A stretch of DNA of 64,000 nt. It comes from the human T2T-CHM13v2.0 reference genome, Homo sapiens. The stretch lies in assembly GCF_009914755.1 (NCBI RefSeq), contig NC_060941.1. One strand, 5' to 3'. The translations under genes and the position numbers were made by a program. Shown here piece by piece: positions 13,110-32,976 of this stretch (positions within the stretch are counted from its first letter, which is position 1; each line of letters opens with the position of its first letter). The notes beneath the pieces were generated by a model. That model saw only the letters and a program-made list of their open reading frames with translations, made no database searches and was not told the DNA's origin.

Positions 13110-14667
13110 TTAATACTGTGTTTAAAATTAATATTTATTATTTTTAAAAATCAGCTTCCTTAGGTCGAAGAAACATTAATGTTTAATATTAAGCTATTAT
13201 TGTAGCTTAGTGTAGTTATAATAAGATACTGGAACTCATGGAAGGGGTTAGATTTTCTTCATCTTAGAAACCGTTACTTTTCATAAAATATATATTGTGC
13301 AATTATATATAAAATTATATAATAATTAGATATACAAATAAAAAATCGGATTATAGTTGGGCTCAGTGGCTCGCATTTGTAATCTCAGCTCCTTGGGAAG
13401 CTTAGACTGGAGGATTTCTTGAGTCCAGAAATTTGAGGCTGCAGTGAGCCATGATTGTGCCACTGCATTCCAGCCTGGGCGACAGGAATGAGACCCCGTC
13501 TCTAAAAATAAAAACTAAAAAAAAATAGATTATGATTGGCAAAAGATTGAGTGACAGTGAAAATGCAATGAATATTTTGACTACTATTTTTTGATTACAT
13601 ACATAGGAAGATACGAATTTTTCTGTCTTTCCAAATTAGTTTAGAAACTAAAGATTTGGCCGGGCATAGTGGCTCACCCCTGTAATCTGAGCACTTTGGG
13701 AGGCTGAGATAGGCAGATCACCTGAGGTCAAGAGTTTGAGACCACCCTGGCCAACATGGTGAAACCTCGTCTCTACTAAAAATACAATAAAAATTAGCTG
13801 GGCATGGTGGCATGCACCTGTAGTCCCAGCTACTTGGGGAGACTGAGGCAGGAGAATCACTTGAACCCAGGAGGCGGAGGTTGCAGTGAGCCAAGATCGT
13901 GCCACTGCACTCCAGCCTGGGCGACAGAGCGAGACTCTGTCTCAAAAACAAACAAACAACAACAAAACACCAGAAAAAGGAAAAATAGTGTTAAGAGATA
14001 ACTTAGTATGTACTGTTTGTACACTTCATGGGTGTGCATATATGACGTGTTTGGTTTTATAGTGAAAATTCTAACATTCTGCTGTATGGTTTATGGTGCA
14101 TTGTAGACGTTCCTTTAAGCACTCAATGATAAAGATTAAAATTACTAAGATAGAGAGTAAATCTATGTTATATGTAGTCATTTCTCAGTTTGCATAGTAG
14201 TATGGGACTGTAAAGATGACCATGCAAGCTAAGACTATTCAAAGGGATCATAGTAATCAGTGGAAAAAATTGTGATTGTTCTGTTGGACCTTTAAAAATT
14301 TTTGTCAAAACATTAAAAACTCTCTCACAGTTGGTTATAGATATACAGGGTAAGAAGAAGCGTGGTATCCACAGAGAAGGAGGGAGCTTCATAAACAAAG
14401 ACAAACAGGAATATCAACTACCAGCCACCAACAGCACTCTTGTAAAACTTATTTAAATATTACAAAAAACAATATACAAGATTACTAAGAGATTGGAAGA
14501 TAAAGGGAGAAAATTTCACTAATGATCTCATCACCAAACACAGTTAATTATTTGCTGTTACTCTTTTATCAAATTAGTGTTTAGTATTGTTTTAATCATA
14601 ATGTACATACAATTTTGTATCTTGCTTTTTCTGAGATGTCTGTTTCTGTCCATGTTATACATACCTA

Positions 14668-14875
14668 TACAGTCCTGTGCTGCATGATGATGTTTTGGTT
14701 AACGATGGACTGCATACACAACTGTGATCCCATAAGATAATAGTAGAGCTGAAAAATTCCTATTGCCTAGTGACATTGTAGCCATTTACTTGTTTTTGCT
14801 TTCTGCTTTTTTTATGTAGTCATTTACTATACTAAACCTTTAATCATTATTTTAGAGTATACTCCTATTTATTTA
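14668..14875 (+). mobile_element. Tigger3-type DNA transposon fragment
   Basis: TACAGTC...GATGTTTTGGTTAACGATGGACTGCATA...GTAGAGCTGAAAAATTCCTATTGCCTAGTGAC. Confidence 0.7.
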
Positions 14876-14985
14876 GAAAGGTCCCCCAAGGGAGGACAGA
14901 AAACACTCATAATTTAATGTTATTGTCCTTTTCACACATATGTAGCTATATCTATTATATTTTATTTTACTTTATTTTATTTTAA

Positions 14986-15132
<147 letters not shown>

Positions 15133-15809
15133 TAGCTAATTTTTGTATTTTTAGTACAGACGAGGTTTCACCATGTTGGCCAGGCTGGTCTTGAACTCCT
15201 GACCTCAGGTGATCCACCTGCCCCAGCCTCCCAAAGTGCCGGGATTACAGCACTTTTACAGCATGAGCTGCCATGCCCAGCCTATTTTATTTTATTTTGT
15301 TTTATTTTATTAGAGACAGTCTTGCTCTGTCCCCAAGCCTGGAGTGCAGTGGCGTGATCGTAGCTCACTTGGCTAATTTTTAAACTTTTTGTAGATATGG
15401 GGTCTGGGTATGTTGCCCAGCCTGATCTTGAACTCCTAGGCTTAAGTGATCCTCCTGCCCTGACCTCCCAAAGTGCTGGGATTACAGGCGTGAGCCATCC
15501 TGCCCAGCCTGTATCTATTATATAAGCTGGTTTTTTTGATTACTTTAATGTAAATGAGATTATACCATACTCTCTTCTCTGTCACTTCCTATTTTCATGT
15601 AATTTATGTTAGACATCTGTCAATGTCAGTATAAATAGGTCTAGATCATTTTTTATAGTTGTATACCTTTCGTTACATGGATGTTTCACAATTTACTTAG
15701 CTAACTACCTATTGTTGGACATTTGGTTATTTCCAAATTTTTGCTGTTTTATATAATGCTGCGCTTATATAAAATATAGTTCTATATAATTATGTTTAAT
15801 TATGTACTA

Positions 15810-16124
<315 letters not shown>

Positions 16125-16226
16125 TCAAAGGCCCTGTCTCAAAAAAAAGGAAGAAGCGGGGGCGGCAAATAAGTAGAGTATAAGCCACCTCATCCAACTT
16201 TATTGGAACCAGTAGTTGACTGGTTA

Positions 16227-16436
<210 letters not shown>

Positions 16437-16686
16437 TCAGGAGGCTGAGGCAAAAAAAGGAGAAGAAATGCTATGTGAAGCCTTTTTATAAGCACATTAA
16501 TTTCATTCAGGAGGGCAGAGCACTCATGACCTAATCACCACCTTGAAAGCCTCACTTCTTAACATCATCACATTAGGTCTTAGGTTATAACATGAATTTT
16601 GGAGGACTCCAGAAAAAAAAAGTGAAAGACAACCCACAGAATGGGAGAAAATACTTGCAAATTATGTACAAAGTAGGCTCACTTTA

Positions 16687-16836
<150 letters not shown>

Positions 16837-16995
16837 TTACCCAGATGTGGTGACATGTGCCTGTGGTCCCAGCTACTTGGGAGGTTGAGGTGGGAGAATC
16901 ACGTGACCCCAGGAGGTTGAGGCTGCAGTGAGCCAAGATAACATTAATGTATCCCAGCCTGGGCGATAGACCGAGACCTTATCTCAAAAAAAAAA

Positions 16996-17155
16996 AATAT
17001 ATATATATATATATGTATATATTTATCTATCTACCTATATATTCATATATAGATATAGATTAATATAGATATATAAACATATATTTATAGATATATAGAT
17101 ACATAAATATATAGCTATATATAAATATATATTTATAAATATATAGATATATATG
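16996..17155. repeat. Degenerate (TA)n / TATAGA microsatellite
   Basis: Direct inspection. Confidence 0.9.
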
Positions 17156-17164
17156 TAACAAAAT

Positions 17165-17750
<586 letters not shown>

Positions 17751-17828
17751 ATCTGACAATGGACTTGGATCTAGAATACATAAAGAACTCTTACAACTTG
17801 ATAATAAAAAGGATATAACCCAATTTTA

Positions 17829-18059
<231 letters not shown>

Positions 18060-18242
18060 TCAGGCAGATGAGGCACAAGAATCACTCGAACCCGGGAGGC
18101 AGAGGTTGCAATGAGCTAAGATTGCACCACTGCACTCCAGCCTGGGCAACAGAGCAAAACCCCACCTAAAAATAAATAAATAAATAAAAATAAAAGAAAG
18201 AAAATAAATGGCCAATAAGCACAAGAAAATACACTCAATTTC

Positions 18243-18612
18243 TGTCTTAGTCTGTTTGTGCTGCTGTAACAAAATACCTGAGACTAAGTAATTTATAAGT
18301 AAAAAAATTTATTCCTCACAGTTCCGGAGGCTGGGAAATCCAAAATCAAGGTGATAGCACATTTGGCATTTGGTGAGGGCCTGTTCCATTGTTCCCGTTC
18401 TCGCAGTGGCATCTTCACATGGCAGGAGAAGAAAGGAAAAAAGAAGAAGAAATGTTATGTGAAGCCTTTTTATAAGGGCATTAATTTCATTCACGAGGGC
18501 AGAGCCCTCATGACCTAATCACCACCTTGAAGGCCTCACTTCTTAACATCGTCACATTAGGTCTTAGGTTATAACATGAATTTTGGAGGACTCCAACATT
18601 CAAACCATAGAA
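18243..18612. mobile_element. MST-type MaLR solo LTR inserted in an old L1
   Basis: TGTCTTAGTCTGTTTGTGCTGCTGTAACAAAATACCTGAGAC...AACATTCAAACCATAG. Confidence 0.8.
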
Positions 18613-19905
<1,293 letters not shown>

Positions 19906-20137
19906 TCAGGCAAAGGGAAGAGAAGTGCAATGGTGCTATTTCAGGCAGAAGCTTGTCAGGTTTGCTGTGGTGTGGTAGTGTGGAAGGACTCAGTGGGAAG
20001 GAAAAGAAATGAGGGCACAGTAGTGGGCAGGGCCAAGATAAAGCCATACGCATACTGCTACATTTTTTCCTTGTCCAATATATTTCATTAAATGTAGACA
20101 AAACTTATTATAAAGACATAACTTTTGATGTTTGTAA

Positions 20138-20494
<357 letters not shown>

Positions 20495-21029
20495 TAAGAT
20501 TGTCAGGTGCTTTCTGGACAGGAAATGCCTTAATTTATGACTCAAAATACAAACAAGTGTAGGTGATCAAATGCATATCTATGTCTTCAATGGAAATATA
20601 TATACATACAAGTCATTAACGAAGACAAATGAGAACATGAAATTCATGACCTATTTTCCTTTCCATCACCTAGCCCCCTAAAGGAGAGATCTTTTTCATT
20701 CAGAGCCCTGGGTTTTGTTTTGTTTCATGATTTGCTTTTTTTTTTTAAAAAAAATAAGAGTTTATTTATTTATTTATTTGAGACAAGGTTTCACTCCCAT
20801 CAGCCAGGCTGGAGTGCAATGGCGTGATCTCAGTTCACTGCAACTTCTGCCTCCTGGACTCAAGTGACTCTCTTGCCTCAGCCTCCTGAGTAGCTGGGAC
20901 TACAGGCACGTGCCGCTGCATCCAGCTAATTTTTTGTAGAGACAGGGTTTCACCGTGTTGGCCAGGCTGGTCTTGAACTCCTGAGTTCAAGCGATCCGTC
21001 TGCCTCTGAGTCTCAAAGTGCTAGGGTTA

Positions 21030-21494
<465 letters not shown>

Positions 21495-21671
21495 CTATAT
21501 AATAAATATTGCAATACTTTATTTATTTATTTATTTATTTTTCGAGATGAGGGTCTCGCTGTGTTGCCCAGGCTAGTCTTGAACTCTTGGGCTCAAGGGC
21601 TTCTCCTGCCTCAGCCTCCCCAGTGGCTGGGCTAATAGGCACACACCACCATGCCCAGCTCTACATACTGA

Positions 21672-21964
<293 letters not shown>

Positions 21965-22167
21965 CATACTGATTTTGAAATTTAAAAAATCTACATTCTA
22001 TATTCGCATCATAGCTTCTCCCTAATAAAATCTTTGTGAGTGTTTATGGGACTTATTCCCCGAAAAATCTGCAAGCAGCCTGGTAGCTTTATATACACAG
22101 GAAAGCCAAAGGACAAACTAGGAATTACGTCAGAGATGGGGAAAGACTAAGGATCTTACCCAAATCA

Positions 22168-22519
<352 letters not shown>

Positions 22520-23569
22520 TTAATTTTATAAAGCAAAAGTTCATAAAAATAAATATTCTAATTAACTCTCCTACATTTTATAAACACTATTACCAAACCC
22601 ATTTAAGATTGAAGATAAATTATATCATGGCATGGGTAAAGATTTTCAATAAGGAGTTGCTAGGATAAAAGTCAAAATTCTCCAGCATAAATTCACTGAC
22701 AGGGATTTCTGTTTAATCTTTTCAAAATTCTAATACCCAATTTGTTTCCTCTAGAGAATAACTCGTGTAGAATCATAACCTCTTTGGTGGACCTTGATTT
22801 TTCCATCTGTAAAAGTATAGAACTAGTTTTGACTTAACAGTCAACAAATGCCTACCCTCTCCACATCTAGCTGATTAGAGCGCCCTCATGTGCGCATTTG
22901 CTGTAATGTTTTAGAAATCTGAAAAAGACAATATTAATCTCAGCAGTAATACAATAAATAATGTCTTCATTTGCACATTTATAGCAAATGCTATAAATAT
23001 ATAGCTCCAAGTATTACTCAGTAAAAGCTAAAGGCAAATGCTGTAGTAGGTTAATCTTACTGTCGTTCACTATCAAACCTTTCATATGCCAATTTTATCC
23101 TAAAACAGTGAAGTTATTGTTTTGGTTTCAATTTTAATTTAATGACTTAAAGGATTTTTTCCCTTAAAACTTCTAAGTATTTCATTATAATATTATTTCA
23201 TCATTAGGCTTAAAGGAAAATATGTGGTCAATTGAGTTGTTATTTATTATACATGATAGCTTGACATCATCTTTTTAGGGATGGAAAACAGCTCCAGGGA
23301 CCAAGTCTAACTCAGTTTTTTGATATAAGAATTTACCTGTCGGCCGGGCGCAATGGCTCACACCTGTAATCCCAGCACTTTGGGAGGCCGAGGCGGGCGG
23401 ATATAGGTCAGCAGATCAAGACCAGGAGTTCAAGACCAGCCTGGCCAAGATGGTGAAACCCCATCTGTACTAAAACTACAAAAATTAGCCAGGCGTGATG
23501 GCAGGCACCTGTAATCCCACCTACTTGGGAGGCTGAGGCAGGAGAATCACTTGAACCCGGTTCAAGTGA

Positions 23570-24266
<697 letters not shown>

Positions 24267-24404
24267 TGAAGTAAAGCAAAAAAAAGTACTGGTTATTTTT
24301 CCTTCTATAAAATGACCTAGTAATAACCGCTTTACCCAGGAGAGTTGCTGTAAAGATCTAATAACATGACACATATAACCACACCCCTAAAGAATGAGGT
24401 GTTA

Positions 24405-24705
24405 CTGCATGTTCTCACTCATAGGTGGGAATTGAACAATGAGAACACATGGACACAGGAAGGGGAACATCACACTCTGGGGACTGTTGCGGGGTGTGGG
24501 GAGGGGGGAGGGATAGCATTAGGAGATATACCTAATGCTAAATGACGAGTTAATGGGTGCAGCACACCAGCATGGCACATGTATACATATGTAACTAACC
24601 TGCACATTGTGCACATGTACCCTACAACTTAAAGTGTAATAATAATAAAATAATAAAATAAAAAAAAGAAATTTTGCTTAAATAAATATTATAATAAAAA
24701 AAACA
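24405..24705 (+). mobile_element. 5'-truncated young L1PA (L1PA2/3-like) with 12-bp target-site duplication
   Basis: L1 3'UTR GCTAAATGACGAGTTAATGGGTGCAGCACACCAGC (GAG, non-Ta); TSD AATGAGGTGTTA at 24393-24404 and 24706-24717. Confidence 0.9.
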
Positions 24706-26679
24706 AATGAGGTGTTATTAAAATGTTTGCAAGAGAAACCCTAGTAATTCCAAGCACATATTTTAGGAATGGTTTCTTGTGTAGAAAATCCTGGAATGTG
24801 AGGCTCTGCTGATTTTTTTAATGCATATTCTCTTCTTATGTATGCGGAATTTTTTTTTTTTTTGAGATAGAGCCTTGCTCTGTTGCCCAGGCTGGAATGC
24901 ACTGGCACGATCTTGGCTCACTGCAACTGCCACCCCCTGGTTTCAAGTGATTCTCCTGCCTCAGCCTCCCGAGTAGATGGAATTACAGGCGTGTGCCACC
25001 GCACTTGGCTAATATTTGTATTTTTAGTAGAGATGGGGTTTCACCATATTGGCCAGGCTGTTCTAGAACTCCTGACCTTGTGATCCACCCACTTCAGCCT
25101 CCCAAAGTGCTGGGATTACAGGCATGAGCCACTGCACCTGGCCTATTTTTGTTTTTACTAATGTTTCAAGAGACCCACTTTATGTACAGAATTCTGGCTA
25201 CAACCTAACAAATGAGTTGCTCTGTTCATCAGTTATAGCCAATTTAAGTAATTATGAAAAGCTCAACAATACTTTTAACTGGCAATGAAAGCGTCAATAG
25301 CTCACATTTACCACCACAACTTAGGATTTCTTGGTAGCTAAATAAAATGCTTCTATTTTGTGGGGGGAAACTGTCACATAAGTTGAAATTCTGCAATGTT
25401 CAATTGATGAAAAGGTCTCTATGTTAAATCAAAGGTATAAATTCCACATCAGTAGTACATGAAAGAGAAAAAAAAAGCCAAAATTAAAGTGATTCATGCC
25501 CACTTCCCTGAGTGAACCTAAGATTTTACTAACAGAGATGCCGTAACTTTGATCATGCACACATCAAACTTGAATTTAAAAACATGCATGCACTCACTCA
25601 TCTTTTATCTCTTATGTAATTAATACTGTAAGATTATATTTTGCCTACGTGCTCTATATTACTAATTTATAGGATTATTACTATTCAGTGTTGTTTACTT
25701 GAAACCATACTGTACTATACACAACTTTTGCATTCCATGCTAACTTTATTTTTTTAATTATTTTTTTTTTATACAGAGTCTCACTCACTCTATTGCCCAG
25801 GCTGGAGTGCAGTGGCACGATCTTGGCTCCTGCAACCTCTGCCTCTCGGGTTCAAGTCATTCTCCTACCTCAGCCTCCCAAGTAGTTGGTACCACAGGTA
25901 CATGCCACCACACCCGGCTAATTTTTGTATTTTTGGTAGAGATGGGGTTTCACCATGTGGGCCAGGCTGGTCTCGAACTCCTGACCTCAAGGTTATAGGC
26001 CTGAGCCACCATGTCCCAGCTCCATGCTAACTTTAGAGCTTATTTCCCATCCCATAAGATACAACACTACTTGTGTTATATAGTGAGCAGTGTGGGGAAG
26101 AAAAGCATAGAATTAAGTTAGTGACAAATCCAGTGAACTCAAAAAGAGGGAAAAAAACACTCCCAAACAATTGTTTTCCCCATATTCTATTCTCCCTAGA
26201 GGTATTCCATACAGGAACGACAAAAGAAAAAAAAGGATACAAAATGAGAAAGATGTTCATGTGACATATAAGTACAGTAATAAAATCAACAAGCATATAT
26301 GGTATTTAAGCAAAATAGTATGTATGCATTGATGGTCATCTGATATAAATCCATCATTTCTGTTGGCCAACATCTAAAACCTTTACTTTTCTGAGGAGAC
26401 AAGCTATAAATCTATACGGATATTTCTACAACGAGAATTCACTATTACATATGAACCAATATAATTTGATGTCAAATATTCACAATTAGGTTGAAAAAAT
26501 CCCCTACTTGGCCGGGCGCAGTGGCTCATGCCTGTAATCCCAGCACTTTGGGAGGCCAAGGCGGGTGGATCATGAGGTCAAGAAATCAAGACCATCCTGG
26601 CCAACATGGTGAAGCCCTGTCTCTACTAAAAATACAAAAATTAACTGGGCGTGGTGGCAGGCGCCTGTAGTCCCAGCTA

Positions 26680-26856
<177 letters not shown>

Positions 26857-27483
26857 TCATGCCTATAATTTTGGCACTTTGGGAAGCCGAGGTGGGAAGA
26901 TAGCTTGAGTCCAGGAGTAAAATAGTGAGACTCTGTCTCTACAAAAAAATAAAAAATTAGCTGGATGGGGCACACACCTGTAGTCCAGGTACTCACGAGG
27001 CTGAAATGGGTGGATCACTTGAGCCTGGGAGGTCAAGGCTGTAGTGAACTGTGATCACACCACTACACCCTACACCCAGCCTGGGCTACAAGGTGAGACC
27101 CTGTCTCAAAAAAAAAAAAAAAAAAAAAAGGTACCAAAAATCTATAGCTGTTTCAGAAATAAAATACATGTAGTTAGTGAGGTTTTTCTCTCCCACTGCT
27201 ATGACTTAATTTTTGGTTGAGATGCTAAGCCAAACATCATTTTAAGTCTGTGGCCCAACCAAAAAAGGGAATCATACTCTCCAAAGAATTGTACATTCCC
27301 ACTCTAATTGCTAAAATAAAATGTTGGATTATGAAAATCAATTTTGTAGGTATCAATAAGTTATAAGAGCATGGCTTATTTAAAAAAAAAAGTGGGCCAG
27401 GTTACCTACATGAGCTGCAAAGCAAGCAAACTGAATTTTCTTATCGAAGAGCCCATCCTCATACTTAAAATTTCCCATGACTA

Positions 27484-27705
<222 letters not shown>

Positions 27706-29505
27706 TTAACTATAATAAAGTATTAGAATAGTCTTAGCAGGCACTATTCTAATAGTGGAGAAATGCAAGTGGAAGAAAAAAATGCAAGTGGAAAGTACTG
27801 AGTCAAATTACATCTTCAAATCTTAAACATGCACTAAAAAAGATTTTAGTATACTGTTATTCCTATTAAAAATGTGAATATATTGGCTGGGCATGGTGGC
27901 TCAGGCCTGTAATCCAGCACTTTGGGAGGCTGAGGCAGGCAGATCATGAGGTCAGGAGTTCAAGACCAGCCTGGCCAATAAAGCGAAACCCCGTCTCTAC
28001 TAAAAATACAAAACATCAGCCGGGCGTGGTGGCGGGCGCCTGTAATCCTAGCTACTCGGGAGGCTGAGGCAGGAGAATTGCTTGAACCTGGGAGGCAGAG
28101 GTTGCCGCAAGCAGAGATCGTGCCACTGCACACCAGCCCAGGTGACGGTGCGAGAGTCTGTCTCAATGAAAAAAAAAAAAAAAAAAGAATATATCGAGCT
28201 CAAAACAAGCTGGAAAAAATGTGAATATCAATTTCCCCTCTCACAAAGCTTCAGTGTGCCTAGTCCACTGGCTAAATCCCTGTTTAGAGATAATTAATTC
28301 AGTTGGCTACTGCAGGTTTGTAATAAACCTGAAAAACTACTGAAGCAGAGTTAAAACATGAATAATACTGGTAAGATGCTCCAGTTAAAGTTTCTTCCCA
28401 CAGCTCATTTCATTCCTTCAGAAATCTAAAGGAGCAAAAATAATTTTCTATTCCGCATGGGTTATAAGTTATATTTCCTTGTGAAAGTATAGTTATCACT
28501 TCAGTTCTAACCATGAGATTTATTTATTTAATTCCTTCTCTCTTTCCCAAAATATCTGGTTAAACTCTTGGGCCAAATGTAAGAAGTAAATAATAATTTA
28601 GAATATCTGACTTAATACTAAAAGATGATGACCACATTGACCTTATAATTCTCTTAGAGCCCAGACTGTGAACCTGCACTCCCTGGAGGAATGGCTGATT
28701 CCAAGTGTGGGGAAAATGTACAAGATAAGCATAGAACACCAGTTTCCTTATTTTGCTCTCTCGTACAACACCAGACAATGTGCTCATGTCAAAAGGACTC
28801 AGAACCCAACATGAAGATGCACCCAGCATTCACTGCACCCAGCATTCAACGAAGGGAAAAAACGAGCACCAATAAAAATAACTGCTAGGTGCGGTGGCTC
28901 ACGCCTATCATCCCAACACTTTGGGAGGCAGAGGCAGGTGGATTGCTTTTGAGCTCAGGATTTGAAGACCAGCCTGGTGAACACGGCAAAACCCCGTCTC
29001 TACCAGAAACACAAAAATTAGCTGGGCATGATGGTGTACCTGTGGTCCCAGCTACTCAAGAGGGTGAGGTGGGAGGATTGCTGGAGGTCGGGACGTCAAG
29101 CCTGCAGTGGGCAGCGATCATACCACTGCACTACAGCTTGGGTGACAGAGTTAAGACCCTGCCTCAAAACAATAAATGAATAAATAAAAATAAAATAAAA
29201 ATAACTGCGATGAAAGGAAACACAAATATGTTAAAACGTGTAAGTTCATAATATACTAAAAAAGAAAAAAACACACACAAAGTTCATTGGTCAATTTTGG
29301 AAGATGCTAGGGAACTAATTCATTATTTTGAAAACTAGGAAAGAATCAAACATACATCCTGCCTTTTCTGTATGAACTGTACCTTGGGTAACTAACTGAT
29401 CAAAGAGTTTCTCTTTATGAAAGAATTCCAGCTAACAAAGAAAGAAGAAATAACAGTTAGAATAAAACCATTTCACAAACACCTGATGAAACTACAAAAG
29501 TAGGC

Positions 29506-29672
29506 CAGAGTTTCTCAACCTCAGGGCTACTGACATTTTAGGCCTATTAATACTTTGCGTTAGGGGGCTGTGCTGTGCTGTGCTGACTCTTACCCCTGAA
29601 GGTACCTATAGCATTCCCTCTCCCAAGCTGTGACAATCAGTGTGTCTCCAGACATTGCCAAATTACCCTGGT
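29506..29672. mobile_element. MER20 DNA transposon fragment
   Basis: TTTCTCAACC...CTACTGACATTT...TGTCTCCAGACATTGCCAAAT. Confidence 0.7.
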
Positions 29673-30561
29673 AGTGAAATGCTGACACAGGCAGTGACCA
29701 CTAACATCACTAAAAAAACACACATACGCACACACAAGTACACATTATGCCTCCTGATCAAAGCATATGCGATACTGAGAGTGTAATCTGAATCAGATCA
29801 ACCACCTAAATTTAACTACCAGTTTTTGGAAATTTGGGGAACAGATGAACATGGTCAATGACACTCTGGGGATAATATCAGCAAAATCAAAATTTGAGAA
29901 TTCTACAGGACAAATGACCCCGTTTCTTCAGTAAATCACGAGGGGAATCTATAAACGAAAAGAGACCTAAGAGACATAGTAACCAAACTACATACAGACC
30001 TTGATTAAATCCTTACAAACAGGAGAAAAAAAAAAAAGAATGGAACAACAACAAAAAAAAAATTAGGTGGGGCAACACAGGGAGACCTCATCTCTAGAAA
30101 AATTCAAAAAATTGGTTGTGGTGATGCACCCCTGTGGTCCCAGCTATATGGGAGGATCCCTTGAGCCTGGGAAGATGAGGCTGCCATGAGCCACTATCAT
30201 GCCGCTGCACTCCAGCCTGGGCAACAGAGAAAGACCCTATCTCAAAAAAAAAAAAAGAGAAAAAAAAAACTGGGGAAACTGTCAACTTCTTAGGTGTGAT
30301 GATGGGATGACAGTTATGTTTAAAGAAGATGATCTAATTATTTTTAAGCTGGGCAGTAGGTGTATGACAGTTCTCCTCCTTACAATTGTTTGTTGTTTTT
30401 TAAAGTGGGTCACATTATGGGGCATGACCAAAAAATAATCACCATCATCATCCTCCTCCTTCTCCACCTACAGCCCAAGGAATGGAAAAAGAAACTGTTT
30501 TCTCAGATTCTGAGGTGGCAGAAAGACAATAACACACTAACTCATTTACTCATAAACATAT

Positions 30562-31034
30562 TGTTATGGATTGAATCGTGTCCCTTACCCACCCCCCAGA
30601 AAATTTCGTATGTTGAAACTCTAACCTCTAGTTCCTCAGAATGTGACCTTATTTGGAAAGGGTTATTGCAGATGTAATTAGTGAAGATGAGGTCCTACTG
30701 GAGTAGAGAGGAACCCTAATCCAATATGCCTGGTATCCTTATAAAAAGGGGAAATTTGTCCACAGATATGCACACAGGTAGAACACCATGTGAACATGAA
30801 GGCAGAGATCCAGGTGATGCACCTACAAGCCAAAGTATGCCAAAGATGACCAGCAAACCACCAGAAGCCAGGGGAGAGGCATGGAACATAAGGTTTCTCA
30901 CAGTTGTCGAAGAAACCAACTCTAACAACGTGATCTAGAACTTCTAGTCTCCAGATCTATGAGATAATAAATTTCTGTTGTCTAAGCCACCCAGTTTGTG
31001 GTACTTCGTTGCAGCAAGCCTAGCAAACTAATGC
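30562..31034. mobile_element. MLT1-type MaLR LTR
   Basis: TGTTATGGATTGAAT...CTCAGAATGTGACCTTATTTGGAAA...AATAAATTTCTGTTGTCTAAGCCACCCAGTTTGTGGTAC. Confidence 0.85.
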
Positions 31035-32239
31035 ACACATATTCTATATTTTGAAGAAAAAATTCCCAGAGAATCATTTTTAAAATGGTTAAATTAAGCA
31101 AAATAAAACAAACCAAAAAAAGAAAAGTCCCAACTACCTGAAATATTTAATTGTCTTAGGAAACTGACTTAAAAATATCTAATACAGGCCGGGCGCGGTG
31201 GCTCACGCCTGTAATCCCAACACTTTGGGAGGCCGAGGTGGGTGGATCACAAGGTCAGGAGTTCAAGACCAGCCCGGCCAAGATGATGAAATCCTGTGTC
31301 TACTAAAAATACAAAAATTTGCTGGGCATGGTGGCAGGTGTCTGTAATCCCAGCTACTCAGGAGGCAGAGGCAGAGATTTGCTTGAACCCAGGAGGTGGA
31401 GGCTGCAGTGATCCGAGATCACACCACTGCACTCCAGCCTGGGGGACAGATCAAGACTCTGTCTCAAAAATAAAAAAATAAAAATAAAGAGGAAGAACGC
31501 TATGGAATTTGACTAGAATTAGGGCTAACAATATGAAGCACTTTGGGAAGCCAAGGCAGGTGGATCACCATGTCGGCCAGGAGTTTGAGACCAGCCTGGC
31601 CAACATGGTGAAACCTCATCTTTACTAAAAATACAAGAATTAGCCAGGTATGGTGGTGAGCACCTGTACTCCCAGTTACTCCAGAGGCTGAGGCACGAGA
31701 ATCACTGGAACCCGGGAAGCAGAGGTTGCAGTGAGCTGAGGCAGCCTGGTGTCCAAGCTGTGGTGAGCCATGATCATACCACTGCACTCAAGTCTGGGCA
31801 ACAGAGGAAGTCCCTGTCTCAAAAAAAAAAAAAAAAAAAAAAGGGCCAGGTGCAGTGGCTCACACCTGCAATCCCAGCATTTTAGGAGGCTGAGGCGGGC
31901 AGATCATGAGGTCAGGAGTTGAAGACCAGCCTGGCCAACATAGTGAAACCCCATCCCTACTAAAAATACAAAAATCAGCCGAGTGTGGTGGCATGTACCT
32001 GTAATCCCAGCTACTCAGGAGGTTGAGGCAGAAGAATTGCTCGAACCTGGGAGGCGGAGGTTGCAGTGAGCCAAGACCACATCATTGCACTCCAGCCTGG
32101 GCAACAGAGTGAACCTCCATCTCAAAAAAAAAAAAAAAAAAATTTAAAAAGGGAGTATAGGGCCAGCCACGGTGGCTCACGCCTGTAATCCCAGCACTTT
32201 GGGAGGCTGAGGTGGCTGGATCACGGGGTCAAGAGATCA

Positions 32240-32587
<348 letters not shown>

Positions 32588-32739
32588 TTAAGTAAAGATT
32601 ATTATGGGACAGAATATTCACACTGTTTCTATCATGCCATAGATCACTTGTTAATTACAAAAGGAAAAAGAGGCTGAGAATGGAGTCTCACGTCTGTAAT
32701 CCCAACACTTTGGGAGGCCAAGGAGGGCGGATCACCTTA

Positions 32740-32976
<237 letters not shown>

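Noticed and set aside
28818-28848. 16-bp tandem duplication TGCACCCAGCATTCA(C)
   Set aside because: Ordinary slippage duplication with no further structure
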